Source: Candidatus Latescibacterota bacterium (lineage in GTDB: Bacteria > Latescibacterota > UBA2968 > UBA8231). From it: DNA of 64,000 bases. Location: contig OZ253462.1 of assembly GCA_965261395.1 (NCBI GenBank), positions 5,152,001 through 5,216,000 on the forward strand, given 5' to 3'. Of the stretch, positions 16,203-26,191 are shown piece after piece. How positions within the stretch are numbered: the stretch's first letter is position 1; the number at the start of each line of letters is the position of its first letter. A model generated the notes under the pieces. The model was not told the DNA's origin. It did not search any database and saw only the letters and a program-made list of their open reading frames with translations. The position numbers and the translations under genes were made by a program.

Positions 16203-17392
16203 TAGCGCAGCTCTCGCCGCAGGGCCAAGCCGTAGAGTGAACACAACAAGGCCGCATCGGCCACCCACAACGCGCCCACTCCATTATACAACCGCCAGCT
16301 TGGCAACAAGGCAAAGCAGTACCCACTCGCCAGCACCGCCGAGCACACAATCGGCACTCGCCACAGCCAATGCGCCCGGGCGTCACCGAGCACCACCCAC
16401 AACGCCGCTTGGCAAAAGGGCAAGAAGACGAAGTAGTGAGGCCACGAGGTCGGCACCACAAACGGCAAGGCGATAAAGAGCGCCACCGCGGATAGGGCCA
16501 TCCGCTGCGCGATTTTTCGCTTGTGCAACCACCACACCACGACGCTGTTGGCGCAAAAGACCAGCACCCCTGCAAACCGCAGCGCATCGAGCGTCGATTC
16601 TAAAAGGCGATATCCCAGCGGCTGCCCCCAGCGGTTGAGTACATGGACAAAATACTGGGTATTAAAATCGCGCAGGAGCCGTGCCGCCTCCGGCAGCGAT
16701 TGTGCGGATGCGCGCTCGAAATACCACCAATCCACAGGCCCCAACAACGCGGCTGGCAGCAGACCGTAAAACCCTAATAAGCCAGCCCCGTAAGCCGCGA
16801 GAAAGCGCCCGTCGCGGCGGACGAAAAAATAGATGACAAATGCGCCGGGATAGTACTTGATGCAGGTGACCAGCGCCAACGCGATCCCTCCCAGCGCGCT
16901 CCGACCCTGCTGGTGCAGCGCCAACGCCGATACAATGCCAAGCGTCACTAACACACTGACCTGCCCCCATTTGAAATTGTGCAACAAGGGGAAGGAAGCC
17001 AGCAGCAACAACAAATAAACCAGCATGCCCCGAGCGGAGAGTCCGAGCAGATAGCGGCCCGATACATAGTAGAACACGGCCGCCCACCCCACCTGCAAAA
17101 ACCCCCACAAAACAGTCGCCGCCGCCAGCGGCAAGAGTGCCACAAGGCTCAGCCCCAACGCAAAAAACGAGGTATAGTAGTACCCCCGGACGGGCCATTT
17201 GTCGGCAAAAAGCACCTCGCCCATCGGATAATAGAAGCGCTGAAAATCGCCAAAGAGCTGCTCGCCGTGGTCAATGGCGTTGACAAACCCATCAACCGAT
17301 CCCCACAGCAGCCAATAGCTGCCAAGCACCAACCCCGCCCCCAGCAGGCCCAACCCACAACTCCGTTGCGGTTCTTTGTCAAAACCAAGCAA
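16202..17392 (-). CDS. Glycosyltransferase family 87 (DUF2029) membrane protein
   Basis: DFQRFY, YYYTSFFA, HNFKWGQVS, IKYYPG, SWPHYF; multi-pass hydrophobic. Confidence 0.75.
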   Translation of the reverse strand: MLGFDKEPQRSCGLGLLGAGLVLGSYWLLWGSVDGFVNAIDHGEQLFGDFQRFYYPMGEVLFADKWPVRGYYYTSFFALGLSLVALLPLAAATVLWGFLQVGWAAVFYYVSGRYLLGLSARGMLVYLLLLLASFPLLHNFKWGQVSVLVTLGIVSALALHQQGRSALGGIALALVTCIKYYPGAFVIYFFVRRDGRFLAAYGAGLLGFYGLLPAALLGPVDWWYFERASAQSLPEAARLLRDFNTQYFVHVLNRWGQPLGYRLLESTLDALRFAGVLVFCANSVVVWWLHKRKIAQRMALSAVALFIALPFVVPTSWPHYFVFLPFCQAALWVVLGDARAHWLWRVPIVCSAVLASGYCFALLPSWRLYNGVGALWVADAALLCSLYGLALRRELR

Positions 17393-17520
17393 AATGTCCC
17401 CTTTTCTAGCGCGTCTTAGTCCGCCTTTGCCACCCGAACCGCGCCCTCAACTGACTGGCGGCTCCCAGCGGATATAGGTATTTTGAGACACAAACCACGA
17501 AGATATAAGATACCAATAAA

Positions 17521-19206
17521 TTGTCCGAACATCCCTTCTCGGCATGGCGCATCGGCCTCGCCAGCCTTCTGGCTGCCTGTACCCCAGCGGAGCAAAACCT
17601 GCCCCGCGTTCACTTCGTGGAAGTAGCCCAACCAGCCGGTCTGACCCTGCGCAACATCTGCGGCAACCCAGACAAGCGCTACATCGTCGAGGCCAAGGGC
17701 GGCAGCCTCGCCGCCTTTGACTACGACCAAGACGGCGACCTCGACCTCTATATCGTCAACGGCTCGACCCTCGAAGGCTTTCCGCCCGAGACCGCCCCCC
17801 GCAACGCCCTCTACCAAAATGCAGGTAATGCGACCTTCCAAGACGTCGCCGCGACCACGGGTGTCGATGACGCACGCTGGGGCATGGGCGCGGTGGCCGC
17901 CGACTACGACAACGACGGCGACCCCGATCTCTACGTCACCAACTACGGCCCCAATCGCTTCTATCAGAACACCGGCAACGGAACCTTCTCCGATCAGGCC
18001 CCGTTAGCTGGCGTCGCCGATACCCGCTGGAGTACCGGTGCCGCGTGGAGCGACTACGACAACGACGGCGACCTCGACCTCTACGTGGCGAACTACATCG
18101 ACTTTGATGTCAATTTCATCCCCAAGGGAGCCGACGCGGGGATGTGGCGCGGCCTGAACGTCATGTATGGACCCCGTGGTCTGGTCGGCGCAGCAGATGC
18201 GCTCTATCGCAATGAAGACGACGGCATCTTCACCGATGTCACCCAAGCAGTCGGCGTCACCGATCCCTATAAGCGCTATGGCTTTACCCCGCTCTTTAGC
18301 GACTTCGACCGCGACGGCGACCAAGATCTCTTCGTCGCCAACGATGCAGGTCCCAACATGTTCTACCGCAATCAGGGCAATGGCACCTTCGCGGCAGAAG
18401 CACTGGAGGCAGCCGTGGCCTTGCTCGAAAGCGGCGATGCCCAGGCATGTATGGGCGCGGCATCGGCCGATTACGACAACGATGGCGACTTCGACCTCTA
18501 CGTCACCAACTTCGCCCTCGACTACAATACCCTCTACCAGAACGATGGCCGCGGCTTCTTCAAGGACGTCTCCGCCACCGCCGGCCTCATCTACCCCACC
18601 TGGCCCTTCGTCGGCTGGGGCACGGGCTTTGCCGACTTTGACAACGACGGCTGGCAAGACCTATTCGTGGCCAATGGCCACGTCTATCCCCAAGTCGAGC
18701 AATTCGAGCGCGGGGCCTCCTACCGGCAAAAAAATCAACTCTTTCTCAGCGCGGGCGACGGACGCTTCAAGGAAGCCACTGCAATGGCCGGGCCGGGTTT
18801 TGCCATTGAGGAATCGAGCCGCGGCGCGGTCCTGGCCGACTTCGACAACGACGGCGATATCGACATTGCCGTCCACAACCTCGACTCGACGCCCTCGTTT
18901 CTGCGCAACGATTCACCGACCAGCAACCACTGGCTTATCGTCCGCGTCCAAGGCGTGGAAAGCAACCGCGACGGGATCGGTGCCATCGTCGTAGTCGAAA
19001 CCAGCGCCGGCACTCAGCTCCGCGAAATCCGCGCTGGCAGCAGTTTTCTGGCTCAGGATGACATCCGCGCCCACTTCGGCTTGGGCGGAGAACGCGTGGT
19101 GCAACGGCTCGAAGTACATTGGCCTAGCGGTCAGGTTGACCGCTTCGCCGCAATCCAAGCGGACCGCATCCTCACGGTGCGCGAGGGGCAGGGCCTTTTC
19201 CCCTGA
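17521..19206 (+). CDS. CRTAC1-family (FG-GAP + ASPIC/UnbV) lipoprotein
   Basis: LLAAC lipobox; repeated DYDNDGDxDLYV; NRDGIGA, GSSFLAQ..HFGLG. Confidence 0.9.
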   Translation: MSEHPFSAWRIGLASLLAACTPAEQNLPRVHFVEVAQPAGLTLRNICGNPDKRYIVEAKGGSLAAFDYDQDGDLDLYIVNGSTLEGFPPETAPRNALYQNAGNATFQDVAATTGVDDARWGMGAVAADYDNDGDPDLYVTNYGPNRFYQNTGNGTFSDQAPLAGVADTRWSTGAAWSDYDNDGDLDLYVANYIDFDVNFIPKGADAGMWRGLNVMYGPRGLVGAADALYRNEDDGIFTDVTQAVGVTDPYKRYGFTPLFSDFDRDGDQDLFVANDAGPNMFYRNQGNGTFAAEALEAAVALLESGDAQACMGAASADYDNDGDFDLYVTNFALDYNTLYQNDGRGFFKDVSATAGLIYPTWPFVGWGTGFADFDNDGWQDLFVANGHVYPQVEQFERGASYRQKNQLFLSAGDGRFKEATAMAGPGFAIEESSRGAVLADFDNDGDIDIAVHNLDSTPSFLRNDSPTSNHWLIVRVQGVESNRDGIGAIVVVETSAGTQLREIRAGSSFLAQDDIRAHFGLGGERVVQRLEVHWPSGQVDRFAAIQADRILTVREGQGLFP

Positions 19207-19245
19207 CCCTTGCTAGGAATCTTCCCGCCAATTTATTTCGAGCCT

Positions 19246-20046
19246 ATGTTCCGCGCCCTACTTATCCTTTCTCTAGCCCTGCCCGCCTGTAGCCGCGTCC
19301 CCGAGTCGCTGACGGTCGAACTAGCCCCTGGTGTAGCGATGGAGTTCGCCTACATTCCACCCGGTGCCTTCGCCAGGGGCGCAGCCCCGGGCGAGGAGGG
19401 ACCGCTCGACGACAGCGAGGAACCCCAACACCACGTCGAACTGTCGCGCGGATTCTACCTCGCCAAATACGAGCTTACTCAGGCCCAATGGCGCGCCGTC
19501 GTTGGCACCCAGCCGTGGCGGCGGCGTCAGTACGTCAAAGAAGGGGCGCAATACCCGGCCACCTACATTTCGTGGATCGAAGCCGAACACTTCATCCAGC
19601 GGCTCAATAAAAAGGCCGGCCAAACGCTCTACCGCTTCCCCACCGAAGCCGAATGGGAATACGCCTGCCGCGCCGCTACCACCACGCGCTGGTTCTCCGG
19701 CGACGACGAACAAACACTGGCCGACTATGCCTGGATCAGCGGTAACGCCTGGGCAGTCGGCGAGAAATACCCCCACGCCGTCGGCCAGAAGGCACCCAAC
19801 GCTTGGGGCCTCTACGATATGCACGGCAATGTCTGGGAGTGGGTCGCCGACTGGGAAGGGCCATACGGTGCGGATAAACAAATTGATCCCCAAGGCCCGG
19901 CCGCAGGCGAGCGCCGCGTCGGCCGTGGTGGCTCCTTTGGCACCCTGGGGCTGGGCGGGCGTTCGGCGTCGCGCTTTTTCAGCCCGCCCGACGCCCGCAG
20001 TCCCGATGTAGGGGTCCGCATTGCCCGCGAAGTTGCAGCCGATTAA
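19246..20046 (+). CDS. FGE-sulfatase (SUMF1/EgtB/PvdO) domain lipoprotein
   Basis: FPTEAEWEYACRA, PNAWGLYDMHGNVWEW, RGGSF, GVR; lipobox LPAC; lacks the catalytic Cys pair. Confidence 0.85.
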   Translation: MFRALLILSLALPACSRVPESLTVELAPGVAMEFAYIPPGAFARGAAPGEEGPLDDSEEPQHHVELSRGFYLAKYELTQAQWRAVVGTQPWRRRQYVKEGAQYPATYISWIEAEHFIQRLNKKAGQTLYRFPTEAEWEYACRAATTTRWFSGDDEQTLADYAWISGNAWAVGEKYPHAVGQKAPNAWGLYDMHGNVWEWVADWEGPYGADKQIDPQGPAAGERRVGRGGSFGTLGLGGRSASRFFSPPDARSPDVGVRIAREVAAD

Positions 20047-21629
20047 TAGCGTCGATTTTTGAGAATCAATACCGACGGCCCCCGCCGCCAACGCGCTTCT
20101 AGCTCGGCCGACACATTGGACCAGCCCATGGCGAAGGAGCCGAGGACGATATCTTCGTCGCCGTCGAGGTCAATGTCGCCCACATCCATCGTTAGCCAGC
20201 GGCCCGCCAACACTTCGTCGAACGTCGAGGGTGCAAACTGCATTCCGCCCTCGTTGCGCAAGTACACGAAGGCTTCTGCGGGCGCACCGGCGTAGTCGGC
20301 GAAAAAGCCGATCGCGGCTATATCGAAATCCCCATCCCCGTCGAAGTCAGCAGCCTGCGCCTTGTAGGCACCGTTGAGCGGAAAGAAATAGGCCTCTGCG
20401 AAGCGATTGCGACCGTCGTTGAGATAGAGCCGGACCCCGTGGTACGGTTTGAGTAGCAGCGCGTAGTCGGCGTTGTCACCGTTGGCTGTGAGTAGATCGA
20501 GGTCCCCATCCCCATCGAAATCGACCAAGCTCAGATGCGCAGCCCCGTACGAAGGCGGCCACTGCACCACGTAGGACTCCTCAAAGGTGCCGTCGCCGCG
20601 ATTGTAATAAATAAACACCCCCTCACGAGCTTGCCCCATCAAAGCGACGATGTCCGGGCGGCCGTCGCCGTTGAAGTCGCGCACGTAGTGGCTAATGGCC
20701 CCTGGGTACTGGTTGAGCCAGCGCTCCTCGTAGCTCCCGTCTTCCTTGGCAATAAAATAGGACAGCTGCCCCAGCCGGTTGCCGAACTCGGAGACGACGA
20801 TCTCCTCTGCCCCGTCGCCGTCCAGATCGGCAAACGAAGTGGCAACCGGCCGCGACAACTCCCTCAGCACCCGTCTGCCGACCGACAGCAAGGTATCGCC
20901 TTCCTTGGCTACTGCCATCAACAGGCCCTGTGGATCGTCTGACGGGAACGGCGAGCCGATTGAGGTGACCCAGATAGTTCCCTCGCGCCAGTCGATATCA
21001 GTCGGGGTTAGATTGAGTCTCAGCTTCTGCGCGAGCTGCCCCTGACCGTCGAGGATTGCCAACGAGCGCTCGCGCGAGTCCCCTGCGTAAATTCGCCCCT
21101 CATTGATCGCCACCAGCGTCGTAAAGGGATTTTCGACGCGATACTCCGGTGTCAAGACGTCAAATTGCCCCAAGTCGCGACTGATCGCTGTCCGCGGCCC
21201 CTGGGGCAAGAGCTGTTCCGGCGCGGCCTGTAGATAGTATTCGACAATCGGCACCCAGACCTCCACGGGGATCAACGGCTCTTGGGGATAGATGCCCGGT
21301 TGCTCGTCCTCCCGCTGATGCTTCTTAGGCGGCAAGCCCGCCAGTTCCGGCGGCAAACCGAGGATTTTGGCCAATGTCGGCAGGACCCACTCGCGCAGCG
21401 TCGTTCGGTCCAGCAGATCAGGCTCGGCGAAGACGTGGCAACTCTGGCAGTACAACTTGGCCAGACGGCGTCCTTCGCTATCGGTGGAATCGGGTGGCTG
21501 GAAGTGCAGGGTGCGGATCAGCGCAGGATCGATGGCAGCAGATGGCCGTGTGGGGTCTGTGTCCGACCCTTGGCAGCCACACAGCACCAAGACCAGGCAG
21601 ATCGTCCGCGTCCAAGCCATGCTCGTCAT
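20043..21629 (-). CDS. FG-GAP/VCBS repeat lipoprotein with N-terminal c-type heme motif
   Basis: LCGC lipobox, YCQSCH (CxxCH), five DxDGDG-type repeats. Confidence 0.8.
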   Translation of the reverse strand: MTSMAWTRTICLVLVLCGCQGSDTDPTRPSAAIDPALIRTLHFQPPDSTDSEGRRLAKLYCQSCHVFAEPDLLDRTTLREWVLPTLAKILGLPPELAGLPPKKHQREDEQPGIYPQEPLIPVEVWVPIVEYYLQAAPEQLLPQGPRTAISRDLGQFDVLTPEYRVENPFTTLVAINEGRIYAGDSRERSLAILDGQGQLAQKLRLNLTPTDIDWREGTIWVTSIGSPFPSDDPQGLLMAVAKEGDTLLSVGRRVLRELSRPVATSFADLDGDGAEEIVVSEFGNRLGQLSYFIAKEDGSYEERWLNQYPGAISHYVRDFNGDGRPDIVALMGQAREGVFIYYNRGDGTFEESYVVQWPPSYGAAHLSLVDFDGDGDLDLLTANGDNADYALLLKPYHGVRLYLNDGRNRFAEAYFFPLNGAYKAQAADFDGDGDFDIAAIGFFADYAGAPAEAFVYLRNEGGMQFAPSTFDEVLAGRWLTMDVGDIDLDGDEDIVLGSFAMGWSNVSAELEARWRRGPSVLILKNRRY

Positions 21630-21631
21630 CG

Positions 21632-24235
21632 TTAGTAGGCGACGGCAATAGTATGCAAGACCTCCCCGGCCCCAACCCGTGCCCCTTGGGTATCGGTATC
21701 CACCCGCAGGCGCACCACATACACTCCTGGTGCAACCACCAACCCCGACTCATCCCGACCATCCCACACCACTCCGTACTCTCCCGTACTCACTCCGCGC
21801 TGCTCGACCAACTGCCGCACTAGCCGACCGCTCAAATCGTAGATCAGCACCTCCACCGGACTGTCGTCGCCTACCTTGATTACCTTGAAGTGGAACGACA
21901 CCCAGTCGTTGACCCCATCCCCATTGGGGGTGAGGACCTCCGGCACCACCACGTCCTCCAGCAATGATCGGCTCTGCACGGCACCCCTCAAGGTCGTGGT
22001 GTTGCTGACTACCGCCCCTACTGCATCGCCCGGATCCACCCGCTGCCAATCCCATTCCTCCGAGGTGCTGTTCTGCAGCGACACCTGCAACACCGCTCCG
22101 GCCGAAAAAAGCGCCGTGGTGAAATCCAGCCGCAACACCTCCATCCCCGACTCCGGGTTGATCAGCGGAAAGGCCAACCGCAGGCTGTCGCCGCCCGTAC
22201 CTACAACCTCGACATCGGCCACCGCCAGCCCGTCCAGATCGCGGCCGGCCAGCACCTCGCCCGCACCGGCATACAGACCGTCGAACCCAAGCATCATGTC
22301 CGCCGGTACCACCAGCAGGAGCTCGTCGAAGCCGGGATCGCGGGGGGCAAAGGTCGGCCGCACGAAGAGCGAAAAGCGCTGCTCTTTCCCCAGCGTCTCT
22401 ACTATCGCCGGTGCCACCTCTCCCTTCAGGCTCTGCGCCACCGGATGAGTGAAGTTGAGGTGGATCGAACGCAAGGTCGCGCTCACTGCAGGAGCGTCCG
22501 ACAACAGGGTCGCGCGGATTTCTAGGAACTCGCGCGGCGACGGCGAAGTAATCGGACTGCCGCTGGGATCTTCGCTAGGCTGGCTCCAGTCGCTCCAATC
22601 CCCGCCCACTGCTTCCTCGGCGACGATATCCCCCTTGAATATCGAAAGCAGCTTGTCGTACTGGTCTTTGCTCACTTCAGTGCCGTCTTTTTTGAAATAG
22701 CGCAGATTCTCGGCTAGCTCATTGCCGGTGCGCGTCTGCACCAGCACACTCGTGCCCGGCGGCACATCCGCGTCCCATTCGATTGAGACTAAATTGCGGC
22801 TACCGCCCAGCCGCACCAGCCCCGAAGTCAGGCTTACCTCCGACATAAACCCTTCCCCGTAGAGCTGCAACTCGGACGGATCGGCCAGAATGGCCGCACC
22901 GCTATTGCCTACCCCGCGCACAATCTGATTCCACACGAAGCGGAAAAAACGCGCCCTTAGGGGGCTAAAGTCGCTGCCCATTACGCTTTGGGTACCAATC
23001 GCGCTTTCTCGGAGGACTTCCGCACCGCGCCCTGCGGCCGCGGAAGTCCACTTGAGACTGCCGTCCGCTTCGCGCTCGCCATTGGAAAAATCCAGTCTAT
23101 AACCCTCAAAATTCCGCTGGCGCGCTCCCAAGGCCATGCGGAAAGCGTCGATCCAGAACGAGGCCCCCATATCGAAAAATATCTCACCCTCTGGTTCCTT
23201 CAATTGCCCGGGAGAGAAGATGAAAATCACCTCGCTGAAGCTGAGCACATCGCCGTCGAACAGGCTGGCAAGCGCCAGCGATTGGGTCGAGGTAACCATG
23301 CCTCCGCGCTCGACCGTATTGATCAGGATCTCGTCGCCCTCGGTCCACACTTCCAACTCGGCTAGGCGCGGCCTTTCGCGCACGAAATAGCGCACCGGGC
23401 CTTGCCGCGATGATTCGAGCCGGTCATAGACCCCCTTTTTGACCACGGCCTCATTGCCATTCGGCAGCCGCTTGTGGTAGAGAATCGCTCCTCGGTCTGC
23501 CTCTGGTAGGGCCTCGTACTCGTCGCGGCTGATCTCTCGACCTTGGGCAAAGTCGCTGCCGGTCACGATCACCTGTACGAAGCGCAGGCCCATGCCCGCA
23601 AATTCTTCTGTGGACTTCAGTTCGATCTCAAAGAGCCGCTGTTGCTTGTTGGGTACCAAGGTGCGCGCCACCCGTCTGAATTCCGGCGTCTGGGAACGGC
23701 TATTGCCTTTGGGCTGGCGACCTTCCGAGACCAACACATCAAACTGCAGGAAGGGGTCGCCGAGTGCTTCATCGACAAACTTGAGCACGATCTTGCGGGC
23801 CATGACGAAGCGGCCCAGATCGACGATAAACCACCACTGCGTCGCCAAGTCGATACCTGGGTTGAGTGCGTCAGGTTCCCAATAGGTCTCCATATCGCCG
23901 TCAAAGAGGTCCAGTACGCCCCGTGCGTTGGAGCCGGCGCGGATTCCATCGCTGAATTCGATATCGGCCGCGTCTTTTTTGATGTAATTGGGAGGATTCA
24001 GGCGCAAGAATTCGCGGGCATTCTCCACGGCATTGATATTTTTGCGCAGCCGCCGTGGTCGGACTTCACCGTCAGCCCCGATGTCTAGGGTGCCCGCCCC
24101 GAAGGACCAGTTCTGCCAGTGCTGTTGACTGTTGACTACGACTTGGTCGGCGGTGACGCGATGGCCTGCTCCCTGAGCGCTGGCACACACCGTACCCAAC
24201 AACAAGGCGCAGGCAACAGTCCAAATGGTCTTCAT
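21632..24235 (-). CDS. Array paralog A3: secreted protein, two discoidin-like domains + C-terminal FlgD/CHU_C-like Ig domain (867 aa)
   Basis: Signal peptide; FDGD..TYW..DLG..LAELEV; LTPNGDGVND, IYDLSGRLVR, WDGRD; ends IAVAY. Confidence 0.85.
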   Translation of the reverse strand: MKTIWTVACALLLGTVCASAQGAGHRVTADQVVVNSQQHWQNWSFGAGTLDIGADGEVRPRRLRKNINAVENAREFLRLNPPNYIKKDAADIEFSDGIRAGSNARGVLDLFDGDMETYWEPDALNPGIDLATQWWFIVDLGRFVMARKIVLKFVDEALGDPFLQFDVLVSEGRQPKGNSRSQTPEFRRVARTLVPNKQQRLFEIELKSTEEFAGMGLRFVQVIVTGSDFAQGREISRDEYEALPEADRGAILYHKRLPNGNEAVVKKGVYDRLESSRQGPVRYFVRERPRLAELEVWTEGDEILINTVERGGMVTSTQSLALASLFDGDVLSFSEVIFIFSPGQLKEPEGEIFFDMGASFWIDAFRMALGARQRNFEGYRLDFSNGEREADGSLKWTSAAAGRGAEVLRESAIGTQSVMGSDFSPLRARFFRFVWNQIVRGVGNSGAAILADPSELQLYGEGFMSEVSLTSGLVRLGGSRNLVSIEWDADVPPGTSVLVQTRTGNELAENLRYFKKDGTEVSKDQYDKLLSIFKGDIVAEEAVGGDWSDWSQPSEDPSGSPITSPSPREFLEIRATLLSDAPAVSATLRSIHLNFTHPVAQSLKGEVAPAIVETLGKEQRFSLFVRPTFAPRDPGFDELLLVVPADMMLGFDGLYAGAGEVLAGRDLDGLAVADVEVVGTGGDSLRLAFPLINPESGMEVLRLDFTTALFSAGAVLQVSLQNSTSEEWDWQRVDPGDAVGAVVSNTTTLRGAVQSRSLLEDVVVPEVLTPNGDGVNDWVSFHFKVIKVGDDSPVEVLIYDLSGRLVRQLVEQRGVSTGEYGVVWDGRDESGLVVAPGVYVVRLRVDTDTQGARVGAGEVLHTIAVAY

Positions 24236-24249
24236 GGTACTCTCGGCCT

Positions 24250-26181
24250 TTAATAAGCCAGCGCAATGACGCGCTGGAGGATTTCTCTACCTTGGTCGCT
24301 GGTCACCTTTAGGCGCAACAGGTAGCACCCCGGCCCTACCCGCTCCCCACTCGCCAACATCCCATCCCACACCAAGCCAAAGCGGCCGCTCTGGGCCGTG
24401 CCGCGATACACCGCTCCCAAGCGACGGCCCGACAAATCGTACAGATCCAATGCGACTGGCACCGCTCCCAAGAGATTCAACAGTTCGTATTCAATCTGCA
24501 GCTCGTCGTTGACTCCGTCGCCATTGGGCGTAAACACGGGCGAGACTAGCTTGAGCGCGTTGACCGCCTTGTGTTTCACTTCGACCAAACCCACGCTCAG
24601 CGTATTGCTTTCGACCAGTGGATCGGCGTCGCCCGCGGTGAGCTGCTGCCGCACCTCAAAGGGCCTTTGGCTGTCCGACACCCGGCCGGTGAACATCGTG
24701 CCGAACTTGAACACTTCCACCTGAAAGTCCACCTCAACCAATTCTTCGGTGCGCTGCAAGTCCATGCGCGGGATGCGCAGCGCAAAGCCCTCCGCGTTCG
24801 AGCTCAGGACGTCAAAGCCGACCTCCATCCCGCTAATACGCACCGCGTCAACACCCGTCACCTGCACAGGCGTCTCAATCTCAATGGTGTCAAATCCCAG
24901 ATCGTCCTCTTCAAATTGGGGCAATACCGCATAGGTAAAGGATGTCACCTCTCCCGCTTTTACCTGCGCCGGAACGATCTCGGCCAGTACTTGGGTGGCC
25001 ACCGGCGGGTCCGAAACGCTGAACTGTACATAGTCCAGCCGCCCACCGGCCTCCTTGAGCGATTCAAAGTCGGCGCGCAGTTGCACGTAGCGCCTGGGCC
25101 GATCCGCCTGCATCGCCCCCGTGCTGGCCACAAAATCGTACGCCTGACTCCAAGGTTCCCATTGCTGAGTATCGGGCGTGATCCCGGCCCGCTCGCCCTT
25201 GTTGAGCTTGTTATAGGCTTGGCGCGTCAGCGCCCGACCCTCGGTGTCGAAGCGACTCTGCTCATCGCCGCGAAAGGTGAAGCGCCAGTAGATGTTGGGA
25301 GTCGGCGTGTCGCCGCTGCGCATAGTCAAAGCAACGCGGGCACCCGGCTCGACCACCCCCGACCAGTTCAGATCGCCCAAAGACACCGCTCGGCCCAGAT
25401 CAATGACATTACTCCGATAGCCGGCAAAGGGGGCAAAACCCGCGCCATAGAGCTCAAGTTCGGCCAGCTCCCAGATGCCCCGCGTGTTCTCCGGTGCCCG
25501 GAAGAGCACCTTCTGCACGGGTTCTGCGGGCAGTGCTAGCTCAATGATGGGATCGGTATTTTCCCTGATGTCGTGCAGCACGTCAAAGGCGACGACAGAC
25601 CCCCTGCCGAACCCACCCACGCCGGCCTGCAACTCTCGATGGGGATCTTTGAGCGGATCGCCATCGCTGATACCGATGGTAAAGCTCTCCACGAAGCGGT
25701 CGTGCAGGTGTCTTTCGCGGGGATAAAACTTGATTCGCTCGAGGAAAAACAGCCCGCCGAGATCAAAAATTAGACTTTTGTGTTTGGGGCCATGCTGAGC
25801 AAAGTGCCCATCGCCCAAATAGGCCGTAGTGGGGTCCTCATCCCAAATGAACCAATCATCCACGTCGGGACCACCCCAGCCGATCCAAGTCAGGTAGAGG
25901 ATATCGCCGAGGAACTCGGACTGAGGCAAGAGCGGCGTCAGGTTGACCGCCGGATCGAGTTGGCGCGGTGCGATGTGATTGGGAGTTACTTCGATTAGGT
26001 TGGTCTGGCCGTACCGATCTTCGGCGATGTCGGCCCACGCTAGCTGCACGAACTCTACTCCTTCAACTGCCGCCAACTCCGGGGCCGGCAGATCACTACC
26101 CCCCAGTCGGTAGATCGTCAGCGCGTCAAGCGGGCCGCTAATGAACAGCCACAATCCAAGCCACACCACTACGTGCCTCAT
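24250..26181 (-). CDS. Array paralog B4: secreted protein, one discoidin-like domain + FlgD/CHU_C-like domain (~643 aa)
   Basis: Start MRHVVVW with signal peptide; IFDLGG..RIKFYPR..WELAELELYG; FTPNGDGVND; ends IALAY. Confidence 0.85.
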   Translation of the reverse strand: MRHVVVWLGLWLFISGPLDALTIYRLGGSDLPAPELAAVEGVEFVQLAWADIAEDRYGQTNLIEVTPNHIAPRQLDPAVNLTPLLPQSEFLGDILYLTWIGWGGPDVDDWFIWDEDPTTAYLGDGHFAQHGPKHKSLIFDLGGLFFLERIKFYPRERHLHDRFVESFTIGISDGDPLKDPHRELQAGVGGFGRGSVVAFDVLHDIRENTDPIIELALPAEPVQKVLFRAPENTRGIWELAELELYGAGFAPFAGYRSNVIDLGRAVSLGDLNWSGVVEPGARVALTMRSGDTPTPNIYWRFTFRGDEQSRFDTEGRALTRQAYNKLNKGERAGITPDTQQWEPWSQAYDFVASTGAMQADRPRRYVQLRADFESLKEAGGRLDYVQFSVSDPPVATQVLAEIVPAQVKAGEVTSFTYAVLPQFEEDDLGFDTIEIETPVQVTGVDAVRISGMEVGFDVLSSNAEGFALRIPRMDLQRTEELVEVDFQVEVFKFGTMFTGRVSDSQRPFEVRQQLTAGDADPLVESNTLSVGLVEVKHKAVNALKLVSPVFTPNGDGVNDELQIEYELLNLLGAVPVALDLYDLSGRRLGAVYRGTAQSGRFGLVWDGMLASGERVGPGCYLLRLKVTSDQGREILQRVIALAY

Positions 26182-26191
26182 CCCATCTTCC

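Noticed and set aside
19246-20046. Sulfatase-maturing formylglycine-generating enzyme for the sulfatase at 53693
   Set aside because: Lacks the catalytic Cys pair after RGGS and is a lipoprotein; likely a non-catalytic FGE-fold protein.
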